A DNA stretch of 20,416 nt from a virus: the IMG/VR virus record IMGVR_UViG_3300026250_000243. One strand, given 5' to 3'. Both the position numbers and the translations under genes were made by a program. A model generated the notes under the pieces. That model saw only the letters and a list, made by a program, of their open reading frames with translations, had not been told where the DNA came from and searched no databases. Of the stretch, positions 20,066 to 20,416 are shown piece by piece (the stretch's first letter is position 1; each line of letters opens with the position of its first letter).

Positions 20066-20082
20066 AATCCCGTTCCCCGCAC
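20066..20082 (+). repeat. attR core AATCCCGTTCCCCGCAC
   Basis: Identical to the tRNA 3' end at 112-128. Confidence 0.92.
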
Positions 20083-20416
20083 TATATTACGCCTTATGTT
20101 GTTGATCGTAATCGACTTTTTCCGCCGCCTTGATCTCGCCCCCCTCTCTTCTGGATCGATCTATTGGCTCGATCCTCTCCGCCGGAGACGACGGGCTCAT
20201 TATTCTCGCTGGAGAGGAATCAGGTCACCGCCGCCGGGAGAATATTTAACCTATTATTTTAAATGCCCAATGGTTCTTTGGTCCGGTGGCCTCTCCCGCC
20301 GCAATTCGACGATCCGATCGGCCCCCGCGATAAGATCCTCGCCCTTTCCAGGCGGCCTCCTCATCGAATCATCATCTTTTTTACGATATCCCGCAAGAAT
20401 ACCGTCCATGGACTAC

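Larger units (their letters stand above)
112..20082. mobile_element. tRNA-Leu-integrated element (~19.95 kb) with tyrosine integrase, primase-helicase replication module and defence cargo
   Basis: 17-bp direct repeat of the tRNA 3' end at both ends, integrase next to the intact tRNA, replication protein, and R-M/TA-type cargo between the repeats. Confidence 0.93.

Noticed and set aside
20083-20416. Features in the host flank beyond attR
   Set aside because: No ORF, RNA or repeat I can support.

Overview
Almost the whole window is one apparently complete ~20-kb integrative element. It is inserted in the 3' end of an archaeal tRNA-Leu(TAA) gene (45-127) and bounded by a 17-bp direct repeat, AATCCCGTTCCCCGCAC (112-128 and 20066-20082). 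TATA/BRE promoters, GGAGGTG ribosome-binding sites and a DUF1699-like gene suggest a Methanothrix/Methanosarcinales-like methanogen (inference). Left to right: an RHH-type protein coupled to an intact tyrosine integrase; cargo (DUF3800-like gene facing a hairpin-rich candidate small RNA, secreted thermonuclease, DUF1699-like gene, NucS-like/DUF4268 nuclease, type III R-M mod/res, HEXXH peptidase, unknown gene); a divergent regulatory pair; a 1017-aa primase-helicase with a 4-Cys PriL-like domain and an internal iteron-like array; an overlapping run of small genes sharing an R-h-x-x-h-E coiled-coil motif; a protein with an AP2/arm-type DNA-binding-like domain; and a Doc-like toxin facing a 44-aa candidate antitoxin missing from the ORF track. 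I see no capsid, portal, large terminase, relaxase or T4SS gene, so it looks like a helper-dependent (satellite-like) or plasmid-like element. All family names come from motif recognition by eye; no database search was run.
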